A stretch of 64,000 nucleotides of DNA, from the NCBI RefSeq assembly GCF_001194135.2, contig NC_068982.1, forward strand, positions 145,360,940 to 145,424,939. Direction: 5' to 3'. Positions 23,248 through 37,334 of the stretch are shown here, one piece after another. This stretch comes from Octopus bimaculoides (Eukaryota). The notes under the pieces were generated by a model. It was not told the origin of the DNA, searched no databases, and was given only the letters and a program-made list of their open reading frames with translations. The position numbers and the translations under genes are program-made. Each line of letters begins with the position of its first letter. Within the stretch, counting starts at the first letter, position 1.

Positions 23248-23460
23248 GAAATAATAATGGTTTCAAATATTGGCACAAGGCCAGCAATATTCAGGGGAAT
23301 AGATAAGTCGATTACATTGACCGCAGTGTTTAACATATTCTTATTTTATCGATTCTTATTTTATCGACCCCGAAATGATGAAAGACAGAATTTGAATTCA
23401 GATCATTAAAGACAGACGAAATACCGTTGAGCATTATTTTGCTTGGCGTCCTTGCCGCCT
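23248..23460 (-). mobile_element. SINE (GGCGGCGAGCTGG family)
   Basis: ggtttcaaatattggcacaaggcc...gtcgattacattgacc...atcgaccccgaaatgatgaaag...aaagacagacgaaataccg...cttgccgcct. Confidence 0.8.
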
Positions 23461-23515
23461 CTTCGAAGAAATATTATTATTATTAATAATAATAATAATG
23501 ATAATAATAATGATG

Positions 23516-23577
<62 letters not shown>

Positions 23578-23668
23578 CCTTTCTACCATAGGTACAAGCC
23601 CTGAAATTTTGAGAGAGGAGACTAGTCCATTACATCGAGCCCAGTGTTTCACTGGTACTTAATTTATC
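23578..23668 (-). mobile_element. SINE 3' half, truncated by the Penelope-like fragment
   Basis: cctttctaccataggtacaagccctgaaatttt...cattacatcgagcccagtgtttcactggtacttaattt; same tail as the copies at 13.2 and 41.2 kb. Confidence 0.75.
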
Positions 23669-24330
23669 AATCCCTCAGCTACCACTCCTCCACCCTGACC
23701 CTCCAACACACCATTCTCCGAGCCTTCCAGCGACCCCAATCCGACCCCTCCACCTCGCACATCTTCCCGAACGTACCCCTTTTCTACTTCAAACGAGCAC
23801 GTAACGTGCATGACCTCCTGGTCCACAGATTCCTCCCTAACCCCACCTCCCAGCCTGGCTCGTTCCCCTGCTCCCACCTACTCTGTCGCACCTACCCCTA
23901 CCTCTCCATCCTCACAGGCACCTATCATCGTCCCTATCACATCACCGACTCCTTTACCTGCACTTCTTGTAACGTCATTTACTGCATCTCCTGCTCTTTC
24001 TGTCTCTCCCTGTACATCGGTCAAATGGGACGTGGCTTGCCTGACCGGTTCACGGAGCACCTCCGAGACATCAGATTCGGCAATGACACCTCGGACTCGT
24101 GCCATTTCCACTCTTCCGATCATTCTCTATGACATCTGTCTGTGTTCAGACTGTCTTTGTACAAGGGCCATCCAGACTCCCACCTTTACCGTGAATGTGA
24201 ATTCGACTTCTCTCTTTGCACCTTTGCGCCATACGGGCTCAACTTACCTCCTCACTTCATCTGACACCACCCTCACCTTCATTCTTCATCTCACACCAAC
24301 CTCATCTCCTCTCTTCATTTGATACCAACC
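23669..24330 (+). mobile_element. Penelope-like element C-terminus with GIY-YIG endonuclease
   Basis: FKRARNVHDLLVH...PGSFPCSHLLCRTYPY...ITDSFTCTSCNVIYCISCSFCLSLYIGQMGRGLPDRFTEHLRDIR...HF...HSL, then ...TFAPYGLN; the canonical PLE GIY-YIG layout. Confidence 0.9.
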
Positions 24331-24489
24331 CCACATCACTCCATCACTCCACACACACTAGCACTCACCACTCCCCAGCCCCACACAACATCATCCACAC
24401 ACCCCAAACAGTTTAACTCAGTACACACACTACACACCATCATGCACACTCCCATACCTACACAAGCACATAATACCTGAACACAGACA

Positions 24490-24591
24490 GAAATTAGTGG
24501 TTCGGCAAAAGAGGCCGATAGAGTAAGTACTGGGCTTCCAAAGAATAAGTTCTGGGGTCGATTTGCTCGACTAAAGGCGGTGCTCCAAGAT
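24490..24591 (+). mobile_element. SINE 3' portion (same family as 29.5-29.9 kb), running into an assembly gap
   Basis: gtggttcggcaaaagaggccgatagagtaagtact...ggggtcgatttgctcgactaaaggcggtgctcca. Confidence 0.7.
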
Positions 24592-25595
24592 NNNNNNNNN
24601 NNNNNNNNNNNNNNNNNNNNNNNNNNNNNNNNNNNNNNNNNNNNNNNNNNNNNNNNNNNNNNNNNNNNNNNNNNNNNNNNNNNNNNNNNNNNNNNNNNNN
24701 NNNNNNNNNNNNNNNNNNNNNNNNNNNNNNNNNNNNNNNNNNNNNNNNNNNNNNNNNNNNNNNNNNNNNNNNNNNNNNNNNNNNNNNNNNNNNNNNNNNN
24801 NNNNNNNNNNNNNNNNNNNNNNNNNNNNNNNNNNNNNNNNNNNNNNNNNNNNNNNNNNNNNNNNNNNNNNNNNNNNNNNNNNNNNNNNNNNNNNNNNNNN
24901 NNNNNNNNNNNNNNNNNNNNNNNNNNNNNNNNNNNNNNNNNNNNNNNNNNNNNNNCCGATCTGTCTGTGTGTGTGTGTGTGTGTGTGTAGTTTAATGATC
25001 GATTAGAGATAGAATCAACAAAGAAGTACTCCAACCAATGGGAGATAAACACCAATTTAATACACAACCGAAAGAGCTACACACATATATTGTTAGATAG
25101 AAACATATATACACACACATGTATTCATATATATGCTATTTGAATATTTTTTCGACAGTTGATAATCCTATTTCGACCGTAATCTTTGGCACGTGGAAGA
25201 TGACTTGTAACGTCGTTAGTGTGTTTCTTGCACTATATTCAAACGAGTAACAAGAAAATTGAATAATAACTTGAGTACAGAATTCGAAATTTTGTAGCCA
25301 AAAACACTACCGATTGGGTTAAAAATAAAAATGCTTCGTTACTTAAAATTCGTACCGAGAGGTATTGCAAAATGAAATGTATGCATAAAATTATGAAAAT
25401 ATATTATTTTAGTAAAAACAAAAACAGAATAACAATAATTCAATAGTGCCTATGTTGGAAACTCTGAACATAAATTCGGGCGTGAATGATAAGAACTGTT
25501 ATTATTGTTTAATATACTTAAACGTAAATAAAGTTGAACTTTTGTGGTTGTATTCCATAGAGTCAGTGTGCTACATTAGTATAACATATTGCTAG

Positions 25596-25770
25596 AAGGC
25601 AGTGAGCTGGCCGAATCGTTTGCATGCCAGACAAAATATTTAGCCGCATTTCATCTATCTTTACGTTCTGAGTTCAAATTCCTCTGACATTTTTTCGGGG
25701 TAGATAAAATAGTTACCAGATGAGCATTGAGGTCGAATTTTGGCATTGTGCTAAAATATGAAACCAATAT
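25596..25770 (+). mobile_element. Degenerate SINE (GGCGGCGAGCTGG family)
   Basis: ggcagtgagctggccgaatcg...ttacgttctgagttcaaattcc...tggcattgtgctaaaatatgaaacc. Confidence 0.7.
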
Positions 25771-26619
25771 TACCTACTGATAGTGAAAAACGATATTTGA
25801 TTAAGAACTTAATATTTCATTAGGATATACTTAAATAGCAAGGCTTTGTATAACCTATATCAAACGTGCTATGATAAACAACTATCTAGGTTATCACATA
25901 AGCACCTATAGTAGGAAATACCTAAAGTTTCTCCACATTAATTTGCCTAAGAGATGGCCTTTCGATATTGATAGTAGATATACAAATTCTAAAATCCCAT
26001 ATCATGCCAGTATATGTAAGATAAGTAAAGGCAATCAACTTATACAAGATGCTACATAGATAGGCCCTTGGCTTATTTTTCATTTACCTCCAACTTATTT
26101 TAGATAAATGGAAGGTCAGATAATTCAACTTGGCTGTTTATTTCAATATTCATTTTCTTCAATAAACCATCAATTTATAGTTTACGCTTGCGTTCATATT
26201 TTGCATTTTTGTCGGTCACAATCGATTATACCATCGTCGATGTTTTATTGACTCATTCATTTTCAATGATTTATTTACTGATCTTTTTAGATTGATAAGT
26301 TGCTGCACATTCACTATGTCAAAACTTTCATGGTTCCTTATAAAGACAAATTAAATGTCCAAACGAGTATCACCCCTTGAACGAATATTTAAACAAAAAG
26401 TTTTAAAAAAATGTAGGTCTTATTTTCTAATAGTTTCCTTTGTTCATTAATCAGTAGTCACTGCTATATATATATATATATATATATATATATNNNNNNN
26501 NNNNNNNNNNNNNNNNNNNNNNNNNNNNNNNNNNNNNNNNNNNNNNNNNNNNNNNNNNNNNNNNNNNNNNNNNNNNNNNNNNNNNNNNNNNNNNNNNNNN
26601 NNNNNNNTACATATATATA

Positions 26620-26698
<79 letters not shown>

Positions 26699-26908
26699 TT
26701 ATATATCTGTGTGTGCGTGCGTGCATGGATGTATATATGTATGTATGCACTTATATATGTGTTGTATGCAAACACTGAATCATTAATCATCAACAATGTA
26801 TTTATAAGTTTTTGCATTGCCAAGAGAAATAGTTGCGCTTCCGGTATATGTGTGGTCATTCCCTTGTGACTTAAACGAAGGATTGCATGTAAAACATGAA
26901 TTTAGTTG

Positions 26909-26944
<36 letters not shown>

Positions 26945-26987
26945 TTCTTCTTCTTCTTCTTATTATTATTATTATCATTACAATCTA

Positions 26988-27410
26988 AGGCGACGAGATG
27001 GCAGAAACGTTAGCATGCCGGGCGAAATGCTTAACGGTATTTCGTCTGCTCCTACGTTCTGAGTTCAAATTCTGCCGAGGTCGACTTTGCCTTTCGGGAT
27101 CGATTAAATAAGTACCAGTTATGCACAGGGGTAGATATAATCGACTTAATCCGTTTGTCTATCTTTGTTTGTCACCTCTGTGTGTAGCCTCTTGTAGGCA
27201 ATAAAGTAATAAGAAACGTTAGCACACCGGTCGAAATACCTAGCGGTGTTTCGTCTGTCTTTATGTTCTGAGTTCAAATTCCACCGAGGTCGACTTTGTC
27301 TTTCATCCTTTTGGGGTCGATGAAATATGTACCAGTTGAACACTAGAGTCGATGTAATCTACTCATCCCCACTTTCCCCAAGATGCCCCTGTAGCAAAAA
27401 TTTGAAATAA
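26988..27410 (+). mobile_element. Dimeric SINE (GGCGGCGAGCTGG family)
   Basis: Two units, each with gttctgagttcaaatt...gaggtcgactttg, joined by the same ttaatcc.tttgtct..tttgtttgtc linker as at 13.0 kb. Confidence 0.85.
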
Positions 27411-27509
27411 TTATTATCATAACAATCTCCATCCCAAAGGTGAGCAGTGTTCAGTGTGCGCGTGTGTGTGTGTGTGTATGTGTGTGTGTATTCGTGTGTA
27501 TGTGTATTC

Positions 27510-27860
27510 AAAGGCGGTTTGGAATTACTGAGTGAAGGAGTAGTTGTGGGTTTGCTCAGGAGTGAGGTCACATCGATGCAGTCGTCCATGTACTGACCGC
27601 ATAGTTGAGCAGTGAACTGTGAGAATATCTGAGTCTCACCATTAGTCTACGAACAGATTGGCGTAATCAAGGGACTGCTCCTTTCTCATGTTCACTCCCT
27701 GGACATGTTGGTAAACGTCTACGAAAGAGGAGCAGTTCAAAGAGTGAGCCAGTTCGACTAACCGGAAGAAGATAGAACTAGGCTTAGGATAGGAACGTGA
27801 GTCAAAGAAATTAAGAAATGTTTGAAAGCAAGGAAATAACAGTGAAAAGAGACTTGATGT
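27510..27860 (-). mobile_element. Penelope-like reverse transcriptase fragment
   Basis: DSRSYPKPSSIFFRLVELAHSLNCSSF...YQHVQGVNM...YANLFVD...QYMDDCI; degenerate PLE RT motifs (Q..G.AMG, YAN.F, R/QY.DD). Confidence 0.75.
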
Positions 27861-27920
27861 CGAGGGTGATGCACATACACTCACCTCACCCACCCCATAT
27901 ATAATATACAAGCACTCCCA

Positions 27921-27992
<72 letters not shown>

Positions 27993-27998
27993 TACATA

Positions 27999-28150
27999 TA
28001 CGCGGTCTGCTCAATAAGTATCCGGACTGTTACCATAGTAAGGAATCTAAAGAAAGCTGATTAAAGCCGCTTGGCACAGATTAACTTCGAACTATACTGT
28101 GCATGCGCACTAAGTTTTAACGTTCTAGCTCACTTCCGTTATTTACAGGC
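27999..28150. mobile_element. Mariner-type terminal fragment
   Basis: TA-CGCGGTCTGCTCAATAAGTATCCGGACT resembles mariner TIRs of the TACGAGGG..TCAAAAAGT..CCGGACT type. No matching opposite end found. Confidence 0.45.
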
Positions 28151-28294
28151 CACGTATATATAGGACAAGAAAAAATGTAGTTACTACTACTATATTTATT
28201 TATTTTTTTAACGATCAGCAACATATGAGTCAGATGAAAAAAAGTGCAAAACATGAAAATAAACAAATTTACGTAATATCATTTTAGCTCTAGA

Positions 28295-28500
28295 AAAAGG
28301 CTTCAAATTTTGTAGAGGAGGAAGGCAAACCGGTTACAAAGTACTCTTTGCTCGACTGGTACTCATGTTATCGAATCCTGCGAATGGATAAACGGCGCAA
28401 TCGATCTCGACGAAACTTGAACTTTGAACGTAAATAGCCGGTCGAAATGTCACAAGTATTTTGTCCGGTGTGTTAACGTTTCTGGCAAGCTCGTCGCCTT
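28295..28500 (-). mobile_element. Old SINE copy (GGCGGCGAGCTGG family)
   Basis: Reverse-complement head taaggcgacgagcttgccagaaacgttaacac... with a degenerate body. Confidence 0.6.
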
Positions 28501-28504
28501 ATGA

Positions 28505-28564
28505 CCATCGTCATCATCATCATCCTCATCATCTTCATCATCATCATCATCATCCTCATCATCT

Positions 28565-28596
<32 letters not shown>

Positions 28597-28800
28597 TGTT
28601 TTAAATCCGGGTTTTCTCCCCGTCAACGGGTGTGGCCGGATCTACCTCAATGCCATAGCAACCGAAGTAGGCAGGTGCAGCCCACTCCAACCTTTGGGCT
28701 GGCTGGCTGGCTGGTGCCCATTCTCCTTTGCTATCATGAGGCTTTTTTGGAGCTGGATTTTCTACGGGGTGCATGTCCTTGCTTAACCCCAACCTCAGTT
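28505..28800 (-). mobile_element. Retroposon 3' end with V-domain-like motif and (GAT)n tail
   Basis: Minus strand ggttggggttaagcaaggacatgcaccccgtagaaaa resembles the V-SINE core GGTTGCGTCAGGAAGGGCATCCGGCGTAAAA; it ends ...aaacactgg-(GAT)n. Confidence 0.45.
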
Positions 28801-28910
28801 TCTAGACATGAGTAATATTAATTACTACAACCATATTACTACAACACATTTTCATTTATTCATGTGCCTCAACGAATAAATTACTACGATGAAGATTCAA
28901 TGGATTCATC

Positions 28911-28942
<32 letters not shown>

Positions 28943-29454
28943 TGTATGTCATTATTCAGTTTACTTCAAAATTTCTTGCCAATACAAAAAGAACCGGTTT
29001 CTAATCTAGATCCAAAGCTCCTTCATTGGAATTTCAGCATTAACAACGGAGTATGTATGTATGTATGTATGAATGTATGTATGTATTATACATGTATGTA
29101 TGTATTATACATGTATGTATGTATTATACATGTATGTATGTGTAGATTTGTATGTTTTATGCATGTATTTTCATGCATATATTTGCATATCTAGACATGT
29201 TCATATATATTTAAATGATTATCTTCTGGAAAGTTTTACAGATTTTTACAGTTCCAGTGATGGATTCGATCTGTAGTCTTCGAATTAGCTTTCTCCTTTC
29301 TGGTTTTGAGAAGCATAGTTTCTCAAGATTTTTATTTAGGCAGTATATTACATATCCTAGGTTCCCAATAATTTGAGGTTAAAACCTGTATGTATGAATG
29401 TAAGTATGTATGTAGACATGCATGTATGTGTGTGTGTATGTGTGTATGTATGTA

Positions 29455-29622
29455 TTCTTTTATTTGTTGCAGTCATTTGACTGGCCATGCTGGAGCACCG
29501 CCTTTAGTCGAGAACATCGCCTCCAGCACTTATTCTTTCTAAGACTAGTACTTATTCTATCGGTCTCGTTGGCCGAACCACTCGATTACAACCCTGCATC
29601 GGGTGTCAAGTGATTCGGTGGG

Positions 29623-29717
<95 letters not shown>

Positions 29718-29882
29718 GACATACATGTACGACGGGCTTCTTTCAGCTTCCGTCCACCAAATCCACTCATAAGGCTTTGGTTGGTCCCAGGCTATGGTAG
29801 AAGAGACCTGCCCAAGGTGCCACGTAGTGGGACTGAACCCGGAACAATGAGGTTGGTGAGCAAGCTACTTACCACACATCCA
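29455..29882 (-). mobile_element. Near full-length tRNA-derived SINE with internal (GT)n
   Basis: Minus-strand head tgtgtggtaagtagcttgct...ccgggttcagtccc, then ggcaccttgggcaggtctctt (CORE/V-like start), internal CA tract and 3' ggcggtgctccagcatggcc. Confidence 0.85.
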
Positions 29883-30549
29883 AGTGATGCTAACAATTTA
29901 TCAGGTGGAGCCTTTTCTTGTGTCAAAGCGAGAAAACCTCCACTTAGACAAGGAAACAAAAGAAGCAGTAAAACGCATGGAGGATAAAACTTACTGTGTA
30001 CCATTTAATAATAATTTTGAAACTTCAAAATCAATATTTGCATGGATATTGTACAAAGCGTTACAAGGGCCTCTCACTGACCTAAATTAATACAAGGAAG
30101 GTCTAAAAGTGATACTTCTAAAAAAAAAAAAAACTAATGAAATAATAGATTGAATTTTTTCAAAAGCAATCAGATACACCTTATCCATCAAATACCTCTT
30201 TACTAGAAGGGTTGATTTGAAACGAAAGGACGAAAATACGAAACCAAAAATCGAGGGGTACGTAGTATTAGAAAACTACCTTTCGTTATTTGGGCTGCAT
30301 TTTTCTCGCTTTGCTATATAAAAAATCATCATTGAGAAAGGCATATTAAAGAGCCTACTAAGATATTTCACTGACGAACATTCTTTATCAAAATGTCCAG
30401 CATAATTTTTTACTTTGATTAAAATAACCTCAGGCTCATAAATGTACCCATACAAAATTGTGTGTAAATTTGTACGTATTTGTGAGCACATACACGCATT
30501 CTTATGTACCTACCCCTTTTTATTTCTGTCTCTCCATCTACTTCGCATA

Positions 30550-30960
<411 letters not shown>

Positions 30961-33900
30961 CTATACAAATATATTCATATACACACACACACGTATATGT
31001 ATAGACAAGAATGGAACTTAACGCAGACAGAGAATATTTTCATACCAAGGCGTTGAGATCTGATAACAATGCCAGATTAGGACGAGTTTGGCAAAAATAA
31101 ATGCAGAAACGACCTAATTTTACTTCCCACCGTATCATAACCGAGCTTTCTAAGGTATAAATGTTGTGAAAGGAACAACTTCATAATCAATATTCACTTG
31201 ATGTATTCTCTTTGCTTGTTTTTATCTTTCAAATTTGATGATACAGTGTTTATTTGAAATAAAAATGATGAAATGTATTCGTGAGTAATTCTACTAGAAA
31301 AAGTACTTCAACATTGCTGGAAAATATTTGAAGACTTCAGTCAATGGAAGCAATTGAAAATTCAAAGAAAAATTGACGCTTAAGTGAATATATTTGTCTA
31401 TGTTTGATAACCTTAGTAGTTTACTAATAATGATAAAAAAAGGGAATATTAAGGAGTAAGAATCAGGAAAAAATCACCATGGAAAAGCCAAAGGTAGATT
31501 TTCATAATCATAGGGATAATTTAACCAAAGAATACATAGAAAATTCACCTGAAGGAGTTGAGCTGTGATATTTGTGATGAATAATGATTTCCGACGTAAC
31601 TTACTGGCTACACATTTGAGAATGAATTTTATAGCTTATGCAGTCGACTTCAGTATACTTCAATGCTTATTTACCAAAAATCAAAGGGGTGAATAGAAAA
31701 TTTATTTCAGGGTTGATATGAAACGGAAGGATGGAAATACGAAACCAAAAGCCAAAAAGTACGCTGTATCAGAAAAATTACCTTTCGTTATTTGAGCTGC
31801 GTTTTTCTCGCTTTACTATATAAAGGATTATCATCGAGAAAGGCAACACAAACTCTTCGTAGTTGCGTGACATTTTTGGAATTGTAACGAAATGTCATTC
31901 AAATCATATCCCACCGATTTAAAATGGGTGGACAATTTTGATAATATGGTTCTAGAAAGTCAGAATGGTTACGGCTGGAAAGACTTTTGGGAGCTTTTCT
32001 CTATAAGGATTTCCCTGGAGTTGCAAAATAACAACGTTAATAATGACAAGAACATGTAAGAGTAATACTCGTTCTACAAATGTGTGAAATTCACAGCTTT
32101 GCAATCATATTAAATTACATCAGTGATATGTATATATAAATTTATAAAATATGAAAAATTTTACCATTTGCAGAAGATCATACATTGTTGCTTTTGAAAG
32201 ACTATCTCACTGCATCTTGAGAAAAAAATCCTCCAAAAAGCAAACACTCAAACAACAGTCCAAACGTATTGACGTATTGCATATTAGACTGTCGTTGTTT
32301 TAATGAGAGAAGGGAAAATAAAATACTTGGAGACGATGAATTGCCGATGATGAGATCAGACATGCACACAAACTAGCATGTGTGTATGCGTGTATGCATG
32401 CACACGCGCGCGTATGTGTATGCGCGTGCATGTGTGTGTGTGTGTGTGTGTGTGCGTGTGCGTGCGTGCGTGTTTTTGTGCATGTTTGTGTATGCGTGTG
32501 TAAGCAAGCATATATGTGTGTATGCGCGTGTGTAAACCAAAGTTAAAAGTTGAAAACTTAATTGTTAGAGACAATGTTCCTTTTAAATTTTTATGTTCTA
32601 TAAATGCAAAAGATGGTTTGATGTGTTAAATTTTACGATGTGCAAACATGCTATTATGCTGAAAAAATATTTGCTCACCTGATATTTATAGGAGTATGTT
32701 AATCAGAAAATTCTAATAAATTTTCGTTTGTATCTCATGAGGTTATAAATTTGCATGCCGTATTTTGTCTTTTTCTCATTTTGCAATATTTTATTTCGAA
32801 AGCATACTACAGTGTTAAATTTGTCATCCATTTAAAGTTATGTGCATACAAACCAAATGCATTTTTAATATGCTTAATTTTCGTTTGTGGACAAAGAAAT
32901 TTTGTTCTTGTACTGGCTATATATTAGATGTGTGTGTATTCACATTTTGGAGAGATCATTGTTTAAAGAATTTATGCACTACTTTGCTGGATTCCATTGC
33001 TGCATATCGTTATTGCAAAGTGTTTTTGTTGCTATTATCTAGCACCTTCTCCAGCCTGATTACTAATTAAGCAAGTTATCGGGCAAAAGCAACATAGTCA
33101 CGGCCATATTTTTTTTTCTTATACATTACGGACTGCTTTGTTTAATGTGTCATACCATTTCTATACATGGTAAGTTATGATTTTTAGATCAATTAATAGC
33201 TATATATTGGTGGCCTAGAATTCTCATATACAACCTCAAATTTCTATAGTATATTTAGCTCGTCAACAGGGTGCTGCTTAATTATGATATACCCAAAATA
33301 CTAAACATCTTATAAAATAATTCATACTTTTGACTACTAAACTACATCTCAGGTTATAATTTCGATGTAATATATTCTGCATCAATACATGGAAGAGAAC
33401 TTGCAATTTTTCTGGAAAGTTAGCTCAAAAATAAGAGAGTTTGACTAGGATCTACAAAATTCACCATGGTTTGTCTTTTCATTAATATTGTTGAATACCA
33501 ATTAAAGTCAATAATCATTCTCAATAATAAACAGAATAGAGATATGCTAACAATTATAGCGGACAGCTATATAACATTGGTAGCTTACCTAGAAAACGCG
33601 GTCAAAAATGTAGAAACGGCTCTTAAACACGGAAGAACTGAAAAATCATTTGTGTTAGTATATTGCAAACTCAAAGACAAAATCACAGTACATTTGTTTC
33701 ACCCAGGATTATGCCAGCCTTGCAAGTTCCTTCAGTATATCCTCACACAAATACAATAAACCAGACGAGAATAAAACTTTCTTAATCTTAACCATCATTA
33801 AATATACGAAGATCACAACAGACCGCCTGAAAAACAAAACATAATTTTGCCAAGCATAAAGACCTCTAGACGTGCCAGATGGCTCCTACCAAAACTGTTC

Positions 33901-34100
33901 CTACTTCATGTATAATTTCCGCACAAAATGCATTTTTTTCGAGATCTTGATAATTCTATATTTCCATTTTGTGTAAAGAAATAATCATTTTGAGACAATG
34001 ACATAGCATCATGAATAGTCTCACCAAATTTACATATTATGCTGAGATACACATTACCAATGGTAAGTGCCAAATATCAATAATATCAAGTGTAGGGCTT

Positions 34101-34187
34101 GAGATTAGAATCTACTGATTGCAAGAGGATGAGATTAGAATCTACTGGTTGCAAGAGGATGAGATTAGAATCTACTGGTTGCAAGAG
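34101..34187. repeat. 30-bp minisatellite, ~3 copies
   Basis: GAGATTAGAATCTACTG(A/G)TTGCAAGAGGAT x3, head to tail with no spacers. Confidence 0.95.
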
Positions 34188-35251
34188 TGCAACAAATACA
34201 ATTAATAGTTGCGTCAATAGTTGCAATATGATTCCGAACTGGAAGGATGTGTATGGCATATTCGGAAGCATGGATATTTAAATCACACTTAATTGTTCCG
34301 TCGTCCACTTATGTGTTATTGATCTGCACAAAGGTAAGCTGGTCTATAGAACAACAAAAACACCACTACCACCACCAACACAACGTTAACTCAACTAGCG
34401 ACGCAATATATGCTGCAACAAGATTAATGTTCTTTCTTATGACAATATTTTACAACATACAAATATATAAACAGTAAATAGCTTCTCTGTCGTTCATAGC
34501 GATTAATATTTCAATTGTTGCTCATTATTTAATTGACTACTAATCGAATTATTGTGTACGGCGATGGGTATTCCATAGAAACATACCTATCACTTTAATC
34601 TCCAAAAAAAGTAGCGAAATTCAATGTTTATGAAAGCTGATAATTTGCATTAAAATTACAATCCATTCTACAGGATTTCAACTAATTTCTTTCACTTTAG
34701 CTTAACACAAATGACTTGTAGCAGTAAGATATTATCGTAACAGACACTTTCCTAAAACATCTTACCCTGGAATTGAATCCACGACCACACGATCGCGAAG
34801 GGAACTTCCTAATCATTAAGCCTTGCCCGCTTCCATCACGAACACACACGTGTACATACACACGCACACATATACTCACGGAATTAAAGCAGATGCAAGA
34901 TAATCACCAAAATTAGATTATATCGCAACACAGTTATGAAAGCCAACAACAAATAACTTAATCCCACCAGAGACATTTTACTTAAACGGATAAACATTTT
35001 ACTTAAATGCATAAATAATTCACTTAAATAGATAGGCATTTACGTGATTATGTAAATCAAACAACTTAGGCAAACACAACACGAAAAACTAATCATTATG
35101 ACATAACATACCCCGTATAACCGTTTCACCCTCAAAATGTGACTGACAGAAACATTAATAGAATGCACCCTTTTATTATAGAACTGGAATGCATACGTTA
35201 TACATCTACAACGCGAGGTTTACATGTTTTGCACACACATACCCACACACA

Positions 35252-35298
<47 letters not shown>

Positions 35299-37299
35299 AC
35301 ACACATACACACACACTCACTCTCTCACTCACTCACTCACTCACTCACTCACTCACTCACGTATTCACACATGCGCACGTCCAAACACACATATACATAC
35401 GCAACACCATATACGCAACACATACGCAAGGGCAATTAGTTTGATAATATATTCGTTGTACTTTTGTTTAAGAACAAAACAAATAAAGTCAGACACAGCG
35501 AACAAGATGTCGTAGCATACATGCAGAATCTCAGAATCTTGAGCGTAGATCACTGAGCTAGTGGTGTACTATATAAGTAGCTGAAGTGTCGGAGGTTTGT
35601 ATCTACTTACATAGTCTGCAATATGTATATTGCTATCACACTGAAATCGTTGGTGTCGAATTAATTTAGTAGTGACTACGAGGTAACGTTGGCACATTAC
35701 GCCTGTCAAGAATATTGAACAGGTAACTGGTAACATTTTCGAATGACATACAAGTCAACGAAGAATCCAAAATGAGGTAATACGATCTTATTTGTATTTA
35801 TATTTCTCGTGTATTGTGTTGACGAAGGAAAGAAGCCTATTTTACGGCTTTAATCTAGAAATAGGACCCAATTCACAATTAACGTGAGGTCTTTTTAATG
35901 TTCTCCACTCACTCGCCTACAATCCGTGTATATTTTTGGACATGGTCGGTAGTATCTGCATGTCTCACATTTTCAAGCATTTTGGAGACAGGTCGTTTCC
36001 GCCCTTGTTCCCTTAGTATATATATTTATATATATATATATATNNNNNNNNNNNNNNNNNNNNNNNNNNNNNNNNNNNNNNNNNNNNNNNNNNNNNNNNN
36101 NNNNNNNNNNNNNNNNNNNNNNNNNNNNNNNNNNNNNNNNNNNNNNNNNNNNNNNNNNNNNNNNNNNNNNNNNNNNATAATTAGTAATTTAATATATATG
36201 CCAACTTTTATCTTGGTCTCCTATTTTGATACTAATATATAAGTAACACTGTTTTTTTTTTTTTACCAACGGCGTAATGCTTCTTGCATTCTTCTCGAAT
36301 ATCACAACGCCCACCACAGATAAAACAAAATTTGTCTGGGTGATTTCTAGACTGACCTCTTGGCATTTTAATGCAATATTTATTCTAATTAAAGATCTAA
36401 TTAAATATTTATAGGTATTTTATAGTGTTTCTTTCTGAAAATCCGAAAAAGAAAAAAACTTAAAATCATAAAAATACCCTAATATGAAAAAGGCGAATTA
36501 CCATAAACTATAGTCATTCTGTGAGAAACGGTGGCCATTTTCGTGATGTATGCATAAAACTACCCTAGAAAATATTATTCTCATCTCTGTAGTTGAAATT
36601 ATGTTCATTTTTTTTGTACAGTGTTATCATAGAGTTGCAGTATATTTTCAATATTTAGTGAACTGAAAACAAAGGGTGAATGCATATTTGACTACATCAT
36701 ACTCAATGAAATTTGAGATGTCAGATAAAAAAAAGTGAAGTATGTTTCAATAAAGTCACAAAACTGAATTGCTGAATAAAGTTGATGATAATTTACCGAT
36801 GTGTTAAGGCAGCTATCACTTTATAGAAATTGTAAAGGCAGAGGCGGAAATGAGAACACTAGAAAATCCAAAAACGTCCATGACAAGAGTGAGTCACAGT
36901 ACTTTCAATTCAATATTATGGTATAATAATATTACAAAATACTTTTTCGCACATTGCGGTTCTATCTACAGATCAGTCATGTAGCTCAATAGAGATATGG
37001 ATAAATGTTAACATTTTTATGTGAAATTGTCTGCGTAATCACATACTCTTGGTATGTTTCAAAATGTCTCCGATGTTATGCGAATTGTAACTAAGCTGAA
37101 TATATTATCTTTGTAGCAATTGAATATGAAACAAATCGTATAATTTGCTAGATTGTCAATGTGACATTCGGACATTTACATAAAATATCCTTTTCGCTCG
37201 CCACCAATTTCCATCTTTCTCATTCATCTTTTAATTTCTCTCACCGTTTCCCATTTATCAATCTATCCATCCATCCAGTCATGCATACCTACCTACCTA

Positions 37300-37334
<35 letters not shown>

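Noticed and set aside
33466-33759. 97-aa plus-strand ORF
   Set aside because: No recognisable domain; the length is within chance expectation for 64 kb, and splice-like signals here favour the opposite strand.
34101-34187. 30-bp repeats of CRISPR-like length
   Set aside because: Head to tail with no spacers, no cas genes, and a eukaryotic context.
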